A DNA stretch of 63,803 bases, counting the filler, from Octopus bimaculoides (taxonomy: Eukaryota): NCBI RefSeq assembly GCF_001194135.2. It is 7 parts of 7 records of this genome, joined end to end, with 100 filler letters (N's around TTAATTAATTAA, not from the genome) between each part and the next. Parts side by side here need not be neighbours in the genome. Positions count along the whole stretch, not along the records: positions 10,189 to 30,159 come from NC_068983.1; 6 more parts are not named here. One strand, given 5' to 3'. The notes below the pieces were generated by a model, which was not told the DNA's origin, made no database searches, and saw only the letters and a program-made list of their open reading frames with translations. The position numbers and the translations under genes were made by a program. This document shows, in pieces, positions 11,301 to 24,500 of this stretch. How positions within the stretch are numbered: the stretch's first letter is position 1; each line of letters opens with the position of its first letter.

Positions 11301-11929
11301 CTAGATAGATAGATAGATAGAGGGAGGGAGAAACAAAACAATATGAAGTAATACTTTCCATTTTGTCACTAAAAAATGTCTCCTTTTCTTAAAACTTTTC
11401 AAATAGTTTGAAGATTTATGCAGCGAGATACTCTTTCCTTTTCATAATTTTTTCTACTCAGTATGTGACTATTTAAATAATTATGAATGTGTAAGTATGT
11501 TATAGTTATGAGAAAGTATTTATGTGAATTCATGTGTGTGTATGTCCGTGTGCGTATAAATGTATATGTGTTGGTGTTATTTAAGATAGATGGGACCAAA
11601 TTTGAAATTAAGGATTTCCTACCTGTTTCATTAAAAGCTATTCTACTACACCGATATTGTTTTCAGTTGAGATTTTAAAAGTTTCTTTGCTATATCATTT
11701 TATGTCCTTGTTTTCTAAATTGCATTTCATAAATATTAACAGAATAGGTTAGAAGATATACAATCTTATCGTATTCTTCCACTAATGGTTCAATGTGAAT
11801 GCTTGGTAATTTCACTTAGATGTAGACCCAACGTTTTTATTCTGTTATCGGTTTCATCCAGAGGCGGTGATCATGCTGCGGCATCGCCATGTTTATGCAC
11901 ACAAACATACACGCACGCGCGCGCACACA

Positions 11930-12039
<110 letters not shown>

Positions 12040-12589
12040 ATTTCGGTGATCGCATAGAGTAGAAGTTACAAGGTATGTAGCAAGAAGCTTTTTACGTCCA
12101 GAGTCAATTCCCAACCACAACTAAATAATCTCCTACAACCCAAACAGGTCTAAAGGCTCTCATTTTAATATAGAAATCATAACGGACCAAATGAAGCGTA
12201 ACTACTTTACATACTAAAGTCAATTGTCGATTAGTGACCTGGCCTCCAAAAACATGATGCATGTATGAGAGAATCATACCATATTTGAGCAGCAACAGGA
12301 AATTAAATATTCCAGTTGTTTCAACGAAAATTCTCTCCTGGAAAACATCCAATGGCAATCATATTCAAGAATGTTTAAATCGGTTTTAGATTTCAGCTCG
12401 CCAGAGAGGAAATTCTTCTTGACATGATAGATGTTCACTGGGTTCCTCAGGAGAAAATTACTGATACAAAAGATCTATAAATTTGCAACAAACTTCCCTA
12501 TGCGGCCACCTTAAACCAAGATGCAGTACTACAGGTGTAACACATTCGCACACCTTTCTTTCAAGCTATATTCTGATAGTTTAAATGAA

Positions 12590-13025
12590 AAAACTTTTTG
12601 TTGGCGGCTCTTGAATACATACCCAGCCTTTGCTTTCCTCAGAATCAGTGTGAGTGGTATCAAGCACAGTACAAAGATCAGTGGGGACAGGCAGTCTCCT
12701 TTGAAGGTGCATCTCCTGATTTCTACTGTCCCTAAACTTCTTTCATATGTTATTGGTTCCGTCCTCCACTTCGCCATACTTTTTCCAAGCAATCACTCAA
12801 CATTCAATGCAATACCAAGTAGGTTCATACTTTCCATAATCCAAGAATATGGAATCATATCGTACGCCTAACGGTAATGACATGGCTAAGTTAGTTTTCC
12901 TCCACTTGTAGTCTCTAAGTACAGTTTTGTCTACCAGGAGTTGATCCCTGGTGCATCTGCACTCACGCCTGCAACCCGTCTGCTCATGCGGCAAGACTAC
13001 ATTTTTCCTAGATGTCCGCAAGGGC
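12590..13025 (-). mobile_element. decayed R4/Dong RT fragment
   Basis: [26 protein letters not shown] and EIRRCTFKGDCLSPLIFVLCLIPL..ILRK..AGY in shifted frames. Confidence 0.85.
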
Positions 13026-13049
13026 GGTAGTGAAATATTTTAGTACAAC

Positions 13050-13255
13050 ACAGACATTTAAATTGATAGAGTTTTTCTAAGGATGTTGTCAGTACTTGTC
13101 AGTACAATCTTTTGGTTTTCTCTGAGTCATGGTTATCCTGGGATCCTATCTAGATGGCGCTGACATCTCTGTCTTATCATACCTAAACTCATTGGATGTG
13201 TCATCATGTACATGTTTTGTCTTGGTATAAAACATGTGCTACAGCATATATCTTG
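13050..13255 (-). mobile_element. decayed Dong-like ORF C-terminus
   Basis: Translates ...QKIVLTSTDNILRKTLSI*, similar to QKIALLGTAHILRKTLSIQ* at 29958-30159. Confidence 0.5.
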
Positions 13256-13624
13256 CACAATACCAAAGATTTGATGTTAGTTGCTTGACCTTATCCAGGT
13301 GAGCATGTCCGCTAGTGGGGGACACCTTCAATAACACTTATTCAGAGGTCTTTTGAGCAGGACGGGCAGTAGCATATACGAATCTTGTGGTCAATAAGGA
13401 GATTAGACGTGACACTGATAGTATCATGTTAAATAAATAAAACCTAGTCATTCCCAACATTTTTTATTATCTCCCTTATACCTAAAAAATTCATGATTGC
13501 CTTCCTCTGTCTAGAACCCCATATTTCACAGCATAGCGAAGAGATAACACAATATAGGTAAAGAAATTGGAAAAATTTGAAAAGAGAATACGTAACCCAT
13601 TATTTCTCAGAAAAAAAAATGTTA

Positions 13625-13742
13625 CTATACACAAAATTTAACTTCATCCCACAGGGGGAGGTGGTTTCCATTTTTCCATACATGATCAGCTATACCCGAT
13701 TTATCAATATCTCCTCGTGTCACAGCTTTGCGATGTTCTTCT
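13625..13742 (-). mobile_element. Penelope GIY-YIG endonuclease C-terminal fragment (inverted)
   Basis: Minus strand translates VEEHRKAVTRGDIDKSGIADHVWKNGNHLPLWDEVK. Confidence 0.7.
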
Positions 13743-14037
13743 ACCGAGCAAAGAATATAAGTAGCCATCGTGATACCCACCACGAGGAAATGATCAAGCT
13801 CAGTAACAATCTATTAAGAAACAACTACCCCAAGAACATACTATCTACTCCAATTATGAAGAAAAGAGAGGATGAAACCAATAAACTGTCTACAGTCTGT
13901 CTACCCTATGTGAAAGGCCTCTCTGAAAAGATACAAAAGATATGCGGCCCATATGACATCAGGGCAGTATTCAAGAGCAATACAACACTTCGCAAATATC
14001 TCCTTCGGGTAAAACCACCAACAGAAGAGAATATGAC
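13743..14037 (+). mobile_element. Penelope-like ORF fragment (RT thumb/linker)
   Basis: RNNYPKNIL...VCLPYVKGLSEKIQKICGPYDIRAVFKSNTTLRKYLLRVKP, the typical PLE linker ahead of GIY-YIG; runs into a gap. Confidence 0.8.
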
Positions 14038-14430
14038 NNNNNNNNNNNNNNNNNNNNNNNNNNNNNNNNNNNNNNNNNNNNNNNNNNNNNNNNNNNNNNN
14101 NNNNNNNNNNNNNNNNNNNNNNNNNNNNNNNNNNNNNNNNNNNNNNNNNNNNNNNNNNNNNNNNNNNNNNNNNNNNNNNNNNNNNNNNNNNNNNNNNNNN
14201 NNNNNNNNNNNNNNNNNNNNNNNNNNNNNNNNNNNNNNNNNNNNNNNNNNNNNNNNNNNNNNNNNNNNNNNNNNNNNNNNNNNNNNNNNNNNNNNNNNNN
14301 NNNNNNNNNNNNNNNNNNNNNNNNNNNNNNNNNNNNNNNNNNNNNNNNNNNNNNNNNNNNNNNNNNNNNNNNNNNNNNNNNNNNNNNNNNNNNNNNNTAA
14401 TAATAATAATAATAGTAATATAATAATAGT

Positions 14431-14567
14431 AACATCGTTAGGAATGAGAACCTAGGTTCGAAATTTCCCCAAGACACCTGACGAAGGCTGGAGGGTATAT
14501 CAGCCGAAACGTTGTGTTAACAACAAACAAGATGAGGACAAATATCCGTCAAATGTAAATAATGTAC
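14431..14567 (+). mobile_element. Penelope-like 3' terminal repeat (family D)
   Basis: Second copy at 45265-45440; lies downstream of the PLE ORF fragment and contains a hammerhead core. Confidence 0.65.
14473..14518 (+). ncRNA. minimal type-I hammerhead-like ribozyme
   Basis: GACAC-CTGACGA-A-GGCTG(10 nt)CAGCC-GAAA-CG-TT-GTGTT; all core nucleotides present. Confidence 0.7.
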
Positions 14568-16884
14568 ATAGAAAATATTCTATTTCCAAAATGAAGTCGC
14601 AACAGAAAGTGAAGGCGTAGATGTTAGCAGGAAATGTTATGAGGCTACATCGAAATGAGAGTTAGAAAAGCATATTCTATGTTTGTTTTGAGAAGCTGAA
14701 ATTTCGCTGATGAAGATTTAAGTTGCATTCTTACATTCGCTACTTTGAATGTTCAAAGTAGCGTATATTTTTGAAAAGTTCATCCGACTATCTATCCGTG
14801 GCCATCCAGTTTATATCTGTATCTCACTGACCTTGGTCATCAGTTCTAATTAAGCAAAGAAAATAATTATCGAGATGTCACGTGGAAGTATGAGTGAAGA
14901 TTTGAGAAGAACATATTTAAGCATGTTTTTTGTGGCCAAACAACTGGACGAGGCCTTTGGTAAGTATCATGCGCCATAGCCTGCGATCAGACCATTACGT
15001 CTGTGAGGAATTTGGTAAATGCAAACTGTAATCAGTGATCATTTCAGCAACACCATCTGCTACCTTCAGTGCCTTCAGTGGAGGACACAGTAGAAAGCAT
15101 TCAGCCCAAATTTTCGATGAAAAGATAATCATTTCTTTCTTCCCATCTGTCTGAAAATCCTTGAAAATTGTTATCAGTGCTGCCCCTTATCGTTTCAATT
15201 CAGCATTTATACTAAAACAAACAAAAATTCTCCTCTTTAGCCGTCCTAATATTTGATTAAAAAAAACATTTTGGCTAAAAGATCTGCAGTTTCTAACGCA
15301 GAGATGCAGCAGTCTTCAAGGCAACAGAACAGACTCACATCATACTGTCGGAGATTTAAAGCCATTTCGACAACCAACAGCTCTGTTGTTCGGAGTTCGA
15401 GTCTTATAGATTAATTATTCAATTATGAATCTAGTTATTTGATTTCAGAGAAAGTATTTAATGACTTATTTCTCTATTATTGAAGATTGAATTTAAGAAA
15501 AAAAATTGAAAATGATGTCATTGGTGCTAACTCTTGGACGGCAGCTGATTGTGTTCCATTTTTGGCCCAGAGCTTTACTCTCTAACAAATATTTAGTCCA
15601 GGTTCACCGTTTGAAGATGAATTCCACGTTAGCGGTCTCAGAGCCTTGGAAAGAGTCGTGGATAGTGACTTCTTTTTCAGTTATCAAGAAGCAATTGAAT
15701 AATGTTTTAACTGTTCGTTCTAAATAAATATATCCGACAGTTTTAACTGTATGCTAATTTACCCTGACCAAATATCCTTACCCGGTCCAGATATAAGCAT
15801 AAACACTATTCTTATATAATATTAACTGCATAGTCTTACTATCTTTTTAGGTACAGATTGAGGCGTGTCTCTATCACGCACATGAGTGGACAGATTTTCG
15901 TTAATGCTATTATTATATTTCTCGTTTAAATTGGAAATTTGAAGTGGCATACGAAACGACAAATAAAGAAACCCACCGTTATGAAAGTGTCGCAGTAAAA
16001 GTGGTGAAGATTTTCCTAACAACACCAAGATCAGTAATATATTAGGAAAGCTCTTTAATATGGGTAGGAGTGCAATGCTTTCTTGTTAAGAACCAAATAC
16101 CAAATAGTAGTCCTAATAACGTTGTCATCTGGAATATACAACAATTTGAATATCCTTTTATATTACAAGCAATAAAAATAATAAAGACACCATTCATAAA
16201 GTTTGAAATGGTTTCTTAACAATGATGTTCGCAGAGTTTAACTGTTAAAATGTCATAGTTCAAAGTACAATTAACAGGCGTTTCTCGTAGATTTACAAGT
16301 TGGGAGTAAGTTATCGGGAAATAATTGGCTGTGTAAATATATCTGATTATATTTTATGTCTTGCACATCTGTTAAGTTCTCTGGACAGTTTCCTGTTAAG
16401 AGAATGAAGCCTTACCATTGATCTCAAATGTCTATGTATTCGGCTATAGTTCATATTTCTACGCATTATATAGCAACTGAAATATTTAATTGTTTACGGT
16501 TAAACGAAGAAAAGAAGAGTCATCACAAACACGAAGCCACTCAGATATCGTAAGAAATAATCGCTGGAGTGAATTTTTGAAATGATGTGCGTGTGTGCGC
16601 ACGCGTGAAAGTCTGACTGAATGTTTATGCACCGGAGTGGAGTTGTTTGTATCACGTTTATTGTGTATCTCTAAGCAAACACTGCTGTCCCTTCGAGGTG
16701 GACTTATGTGTATCATATGATACACATAATATATGGATAAATTGTGAAGGATTCCCCATTGTTTGGCAGTGATGAGAATTTACATAATCGATAACACAAA
16801 TTCTATCATGGAAATTTAAATTATGTTCGGTTGAGTATTCTGCAGACATGCGTACCATGCAGGTATTTCGACGACTAACAGTCA

Positions 16885-17127
16885 CACATCGATGACTGGA
16901 TCGGTGCATCCTCACTCTCCCGCAAACAACTAGACTCCTTCCTCTCTTTTGTCCAATCTTTCCATCCTGCCCTCGAACTCTCCTGTACTGTCTTTAAATC
17001 TTCAGTCGAATTTTTCAAAATTTCTGTCAGAATAAACCACTCCGCTCCCATTACCTCCATCCATTACAAAGACACTGACTCAAACTTCCAACTTAAATTC
17101 TCCTCCTCCCACCCTACCTACACTAAG
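16885..17127 (+). mobile_element. Penelope RT fragment (absent from the ORF track)
   Basis: HIDDWIGASSLSRKQLDSFLSFVQSFHPALELSCT...EFFKISV...TSIHYKDTDSNFQLKFSSSPP matches the PLE RT (Y)IDD..NS.HP.L.FT..FLD..YK.TDS pattern. Confidence 0.7.
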
Positions 17128-17159
17128 CTCTCCATCCTGCACTCCCAGTTTCTCTGACT

Positions 17160-17230
17160 GCGGCAGCTCTGCCTGGAATCGAACTCGGCATCTTGGGGTT
17201 AGTAGCCCGCGCTCTTAACCACTACGACAT
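17160..17230 (-). mobile_element. tRNA-like (Ser-type) SINE/repeat head, not a functional tRNA
   Basis: Reverse complement GTCGTAGTGGTTAAGAGCGCGGGCTACTAACCCCAAGATGCCGAGTTCGATTCC has A and B boxes but no convincing acceptor stem. Confidence 0.5.
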
Positions 17231-17324
17231 ATGTATATGTATANNNNNNNNNNNNNNNNNNNNNNNNNNNNNNNNNNNNNNNNNNNNNNNNNNNNNNNNN
17301 NNNNNNNNNNNNNNNNNNNNNNNN

Positions 17325-17370
<46 letters not shown>

Positions 17371-17454
17371 TTCCATCATTCTGTCTCTCACTCTCTATCT
17401 CTCACTTTCCCTCTCTCTGTATATATATATACATATATATACAGAGAGAGGGAA

Positions 17455-17493
<39 letters not shown>

Positions 17494-18673
17494 GAGACAG
17501 AGAGTGAGAGACAGAATGATGGGAATGGTGGAAACTGTGGAATGTAAAGTCCACTTCAAGGGGACTTAAGCTAAGATCACAGCGGTCTGGAATGAATAGT
17601 ACAAAGCATTCTATCCAGTGCCAATTCTAACAAATCATTTCCATCCAGGTATGTCATGTTTGTATAAATCAGATGCAGAGAAAATGAACCAGCAAAGTTT
17701 TAAACGAGTAATATCGCGGAGAGAATAATTCTTAACTTTTTGATATATTCACTGCATTTCCTCTGTTTGAATGTATATTGAAGTAAAATAGTGATTTGGA
17801 ATATAGCTGTTAGATTTCTGTCGGCAACACAGGAATATGGGAACTCAACAAATCTACTTCCGACCAGAAATGGAAAAGTTCCGGCATATTAGGTTCTGAA
17901 CGTTTAATCGAAGATGAAGATTATCTATTGTGAATATTGACCATTTGAAATTAACCTTTCTCATTGCAACAGTCCTAGAGAATTAATGAATGAACATGTA
18001 AAATTAGGCTCGATGTAACTCCTTACGAGACAAATTCCCAAAGGACAATCATAGAATAGTCGAGAATGCCATGAGTAGATCACCTTTCTTTAGAGGACTG
18101 TCCAGTCGAAGATGGCATGCGGCTACACGATACCAACAACAATACTATTTTCACACCTGCTCTCCTATTTTATCCAATGCTGTCCGTGTATCAACGCTGT
18201 TTCTTTTCTGCATCAGATATCTCCAAGCCATGTTAACCTTCATATATACTATGTTCTAGCTGTTGCTACAATATAATCACAGTTAACAGTAAAATAATTA
18301 TATATTAAACTTCCCCCCCCCCNNNNNNNNNNCCACCACCACCACCACCAAAAACCTACTGTCAGTATTTTCGTGAAATTCAATGTGCAAACTGTGAGAT
18401 TCCACATTCCCTACTGTAGTTAAACCCGTCTTCACTCTTCTACAAACTCTGCTGGATTAATTACCAGTGATACACTCTAATCATTAATGTCCAGTTCTCC
18501 ACCATTTCCCCCGTTATTCTATTCAATACCCAGTAATTTTCATTGTCTTCCTGTCTCACTTGATTTCATTTCCAATACATTTACGTTACAAAGTCGTTAA
18601 TTCCTGAGATAGGTAAGCTGTTAGCTTCTTTGCTCTCTTCCAAATACTAATCTCATATGCGTCTCCTATTCTT

Positions 18674-19120
18674 TTACTTTTTCATATTTTCCAACATTCG
18701 TTGGCTACTCTGTGACTCATTTATTCGGAAATAGTTATGTTTATCTTGGTTCTGAATCTCTGATTTATCGATCGTTTTCTCAAACGTGACTGTGTTTGTT
18801 TCATTAAATTTCTTTCTTTGAGAAACCGCTTTGCCAAACTTCTCATTCTTTTTGCAAAATCTTATTGAGTGGGTGCAATGCGGAAATGAAGGTACTCCAG
18901 AGAGAAACGCGTGTGAAGACTTCTCGGCGATGGTGAGGAATGGGTCGATAGAAGTGTTTCTCAAAATGAATTCGGTATTGATTCCATATTCTTCTATAAG
19001 TGGTCTAGAGGATGCCAAAAGTTTCCTGTGTTGACTGGTGGCTGTTTGTAATGAGTAACGTTTCGTAAAACATAATGTTGCAGATATTAATAACGCTAAG
19101 TCGATGCTGTGTTGCTGTTT
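18674..19120 (-). CDS. candidate terminal coding exon of a host gene
   Basis: About 148 stop-free, non-repetitive codons in AT-rich DNA, with candidate AG acceptors near 19121 and 19040; ends ...MLENMKK*. Confidence 0.35.
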   Translation of the reverse strand, partial: KQQHSIDLALLISATLCFTKRYSLQTATSQHRKLLASSRPLIEEYGINTEFILRNTSIDPFLTIAEKSSHAFLSGVPSFPHCTHSIRFCKKNEKFGKAVSQRKKFNETNTVTFEKTIDKSEIQNQDKHNYFRINESQSSQRMLENMKK

Positions 19121-19640
19121 CTAATGGCAACATATATAATAACGTGTGATGATTCGTTGGGATGAAGAAAAAATTATGAAATATTGAAGAAAAGAAATAT
19201 TTTCAGGTTTATTTTTTAAAAAAAAACGTGAATATGACCGTCTTACAGTTAATCATATAAACCTAGCTTTGGGAACTTATCCTGGAGTTTTGTATTATAA
19301 AGTATGTGATGCAGTTTCAAACGTTAATTGACTTGTCAATGATCTCTAACTAACGAATATTGTTAAACCTCATTAAGAAGGCTACTCTTGTCTCCCTAAC
19401 TACTTCCTAAATTTCCGAGATATTAGTGCCACAGAAATATCTAAGAGCTGCGACTAAATTCAGATTCGAATAGTGTTCAGCAAATGGGTCACTGATATCA
19501 GCTCACCATATTTCAATAATACAGGTCCGTCGAAATATAATTTTGATGGCAAACAATAGGTTTTAATGAAGGCAGAATAGCAGTAATTATACAGCAGAGA
19601 GAACATCTCTTGAATATATCTGTGTGTATGTCTCTGTGTA

Positions 19641-19716
<76 letters not shown>

Positions 19717-20404
19717 TAATATTTTATACGTAAGGAAGTAATAACTTGAGCAGATATCTTAAGCAAAAAATAGGGTGTCTTTAACCTAAGCACGTTTAAT
19801 TTTCAGCCTGTAAATGTTTCTCGCTTGTGTTCCCATTCCTAAAATACATTCGAATCATGTATCACAGATAAGAATATTAATAATTCCTGAACAACCATGC
19901 GGTGCCTTATCAGACGAATTGTGTTTCGTTTTGTGCATGGTGTTATATTTCTTATATCCAGGATCGATTCAGTCCACAGAGTTACTTTTCTCATCTACAT
20001 TAACATAGGGCTATTCATTAATAACCACCATTTAGATATCTCCAGTTATCAGACACACGAAATTTCATGACTAAGTGATTTATAGTGTTTAGTACGCTTC
20101 CAAGATTTTTAACTCATATCCTAATGACAACCAATCATTTCTAATGGTTGGCACCAGTAAAAGTAACCAATAACATCCTCCATCATGTTTAAACTTAGTT
20201 CTTCTCATACCATATGTATTTATCTGTAATATATCTGTATTATCGTATAAGAATTTTACGGTTTAACCAAGAAAAGAAACTGAGGCTAGAGGCAGCACAT
20301 CGATTATTTATATTAGTCTTAACAGAATTTACTCATAAATTAACGTACTAAATTATGTTTTATGTGTATGATAGAAAGATGGATGGATAGATAAATAAAT
20401 AGAT

Positions 20405-20476
<72 letters not shown>

Positions 20477-20751
20477 GTATATATATGTACACATACAAAG
20501 CTACACACACGCACGCACGCACACACACACACACACACACACACGTATAAACTTGTCCTCCATACATTTACCACAATCGCTTAGTTTCCAACATAACCGT
20601 GGGATTGTTTCCGCAGGTACTACTAGTTTATATTTATTTCTCCATACGACATATCAATTTATTAAATTTCTCACAGGTTCTCCTTATTTGTGCGGGGTTC
20701 CAAGAAGGAAAACAAAGGAACCCGTAATAATCTCATTCGATATTTACTATA

Positions 20752-20856
20752 ACACCCGTCGCACTTTCAAAAGATTTACTGTTACACCCGTCGCACTTTC
20801 AAAAGATTTACTGTTACACCCGTCGCACTTTCAAAAGATTTACTGTTACACCCGTC
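20752..20856. repeat. 32-bp minisatellite, 3.3 identical copies
   Basis: ACACCCGTCGCACTTTCAAAAGATTTACTGTT at 20752, 20784 and 20816, partial at 20848. Confidence 0.95.
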
Positions 20857-22181
20857 TGTTTTTGAAAATAAAATTTGTTTCCTCAACGGTTTTGAATGCG
20901 CTTTGGTGAATCGGACAATCAAAACTGTCTTTTGCAATGGCTACAAGTGACTGCCTTCAATAGAACGCTCTGAGCACACGGAAAGTCAAGGCTTTTTGCT
21001 GCCATTTTCACTGACGTTCACGAAGCAGCAATAATTGAAAACCTTCTTTTGACACGAAGTTATTCCGGCACTCCTTTGCACGAATACGCGTTTCAATCAA
21101 GTCGAGGTAATTGAGATAGACGTTCCCACACCCTAGGTTGTCAAGTCTAGGCGTTTACTTAAATGAGGAGTGATTTTCGACGGATTTTATGGCCAGATTC
21201 GTTCAAAACATGTAAAACACCGCAAGAAAAATATACATTTCACCTTCAAAATGAGACAGGTCCCCTCAAAGTGAGAATGGCGTAAGAGTAAAAATTCACC
21301 ATCATAGATTATTCATTTCATTCACTTCACATGTGTCATTGAACCGCCTTTCTATCAAAGTAGAAATTAATTACACGTTATAAAGAGAGACAAATCGGTA
21401 AATCTCCTATCTAGCGAATGGTCTCTTGTTACGATGATATTGGTTTTCATATTTTGTTTGTTTGGCACTAAAAAATGGAGAATATGTTTTTTAGGGACAC
21501 TTATCTGGTGATGCTGAGTCACTGTTTTCAATAGAGTATAATCTGACAAAGGCAAACAAGATCTAGGTGGTAGTGTTAGAGGTACTCTTTAGATGTTAAA
21601 TATGGCTTGCGTGGGTTCGAAATTAAATTTAAAACCTATGAAATAGAACCAATCCTTCGGATATGGGCAAAGACTTTCACATAAATTCTGCCGATTAAAT
21701 CTTATATACAAAGTTTTGATCGACCTGATAATAAGTCGAAAACGATAAAGCTATGTCGAAGTTCGAACTCAAACGCACATATGGTTCTTTCACACTCCTT
21801 AACCACATAGTCAAGCTTGAATCTATCAATTTTAGTTTTACAGAGTTAGCTAAATTCGGCTATGATTGATTCTGAAGACATTGTTCAGTTGCTTTAGCGA
21901 AAGGTTTTATTGAACAACACCACATGATTATGTGCGAGTCATTCCCATGGATACTTGTTACCTGAGATTGAATAAAAAATAATGTTTATGAGGTAAATAT
22001 TTTAATATCTGCAAATTATTTTATATTAACACCACGTTATGCGAATTATCTGAATAGAGAAATCTTTCGCGTGACCATGTTGGGAGTCACATCTGTGTAT
22101 ACAGGTTTGTTATTCCACACAGGCGCATCTTGTTCATTCATTAAAATGACCGAATACATAATGATCTATTGGTTTCTCACC

Positions 22182-22647
22182 TTCAATGTTTGCGAGATTC
22201 ACATCTCACTAGTTACCTATTCATAAAATTTGTATGACAAACTACCAATTTCCCTTTGCCTCTCCAGTCAACGCTTGTGTGAACAGAGAAAGCAGGAATA
22301 TTCATGTTTGTCCACAGAATATTTCAACTTTAGCAAGATACGAAATCAGTTTTCTTTAGATTATTAGATTATTCTTGCATATTGTGATACATCGGATAAC
22401 TTATGGAATATTTATGGACTACAACTGGTGTCATATTGAACAGGGAACAAATGATTTGGTCTGTCCACAACATCAATGAATTATGTTACATAGGTAAAAA
22501 CATCAAGAGAGACACAATCAATGGGCAGAGATTCATCCTCAAATGAAGTCGAAACTAACGCTTAAATATGTGATTTACAAGTCAAATATCGAATATTACT
22601 AAATACTCAATCGAGTAAAGTGAGATGTGAATCTCGCAAACATTGAA
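22182..22647. repeat. perfect 29-bp inverted repeat pair (possible MITE terminal inverted repeats)
   Basis: TTCAATGTTTGCGAGATTCACATCTCACT at 22182-22210 and its exact reverse complement at 22619-22647. Confidence 0.8.
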
Positions 22648-24259
22648 TGGTTTTTGTTAATAGAAAAACATTTGTAGTTCTGTAAGATTATAAATCGTTG
22701 CCGAGATTTTCTTGTCTATTTACAAAGAACGAACGAGAAGAAAATCGACGAGTGGTAATAAATATGTCTCAAAATGATTTACATGGCTTCTGTGAAGAAA
22801 CCAGAAAAGGTGAATTAAAATATTTAATCATTATTTTCTTTCTGTTTTAATTTTATGGAAAGACTAAATAAAAAAAAATAAATAAACTGAAGAATAGTAC
22901 CATCTAAAAGTCTGGTTTGGAAAATAATATTGATATAATTTCTATTCAATTTTCAATGTTCATTCTGAAACAGTTCCCCTTGCTCAACCTGCGTTTCCGT
23001 TACTCTTGTTTACTTGTATGAATCTATCAATTTCTCTACACAGCACTACAGCCCTACATTCTCATACACCTACTCACCATATCTCTGTCTCTTCGTTTTA
23101 CCACTTCATTCGCCCAACTCAAGCCTATTTCCTCCTACATTCTAGGATTTCTTATTCGTTCATTTCGTCTCCGGAGATGCTGAGGTTCTTAAATTTAAAA
23201 TTAAACTAATCGTGGTTATTGGTCAAAGAAGAGATGAAAAGCAGAGGAGTATTGTGCTACATCCAAACACCCTTTTATAGAAAATAATCATACAACTATT
23301 ATATATTTCAGATATGATGGTCATAACACCTTCTGCCTTTCATAACATCGGTCACCTTTACGATGCTTATTTCAAAAGAATCAGATTAAATCTATTTTCT
23401 AAATACCCTGTAAATCAGATTATAGATTAATATTAATTATGAAGTAAATGTTATTAATGTGTTTTATTGGCGATGTAATTAATTTTCTATAATTACCTGT
23501 GAATAGGTATTGATAACTATTCTTAATTATATTTTGATTAATGATATTCTGATTGCTTTTGTCCTTATTGTTTGTCTCCATCTCATAAACATTTTCTTTC
23601 TTCAGATGATTTGATGATGTTTTGTTTGTCCGGGAAACGGATTCACTATGGTCTATTGAAGTAAATTTTTAAATGATTATCTATAAATAATCGCGTCTAA
23701 TCAAGATGTTAATTGACTTCGAGTTTATAATCCTAATTGAACGGAAGGTTGTTTATCTGGTGAATGACTTGGTGTAAAGACCGTTGAAACTTCACAATTA
23801 CAGGAAGGGTCCACTGTATGTTGATACATCCGGGCAATTAAATAGGGAATCGTGTATGATTGAAAGACATATCAGTTCGAGCGAGACTCTACGTGGTTGC
23901 TTTACGCGTTAGAAATAGCAGAATAATCAGCGTCAAATTACAAAGTTCATGGTGAGAAAAGTATATAATATGCATGCATATAAACATATGTATTTCCGAA
24001 TGGGAATTCAGAAGCGCCGTCTAGCCAAGAGGCTACCCTGTGCTGAGGAAGTGCCATAACGCAGAAACTGGTCCACAGATGTTGCTTTGCGGTGGATGGG
24101 GGTGCTAAGCTCCTCTGTTCGAAAATATGGCACATATATTGTGTCGTATAGCCAGCTGGAATCGACGTTTCCAGGGACTGAACAACAGTAACATTCGTCC
24201 CATCCGGGACTGCCACTTTATGTTGGCAAATAGTCTTTGCTATATATATATATGTATAT

Positions 24260-24304
<45 letters not shown>

Positions 24305-24391
24305 NNNNNNNNNNNNNNNNNNNNNNNNNNNNNNNNNNNNNNNNNNNNNNNNNNNNNNNNNNNNNNNNNNNNNNNNNNNATATACATATAT

Positions 24392-24500
24392 ACGACGGGT
24401 TTTTCAGTTTCCGTCTACCAAATCCACTCACAAGTCTTCGATCGGCCCGAAGCTATAGTAGAAAACATTTGCCCATGGTGCCACGTCGTGGGACTGACCC
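24392..24500 (-). mobile_element. SINE family B fragment
   Basis: CGACGGG...TTCCGTCTACCAAATCCACTCACAAG...GGTGCCACG matches the other copies. Confidence 0.8.

Noticed and set aside
17160-17230. Functional tRNA gene
   Set aside because: No full cloverleaf or acceptor stem; it looks like a SINE-type head.
20752-20856. CRISPR-like 32-bp repeats
   Set aside because: Units are contiguous with no spacers, and the context is eukaryotic.
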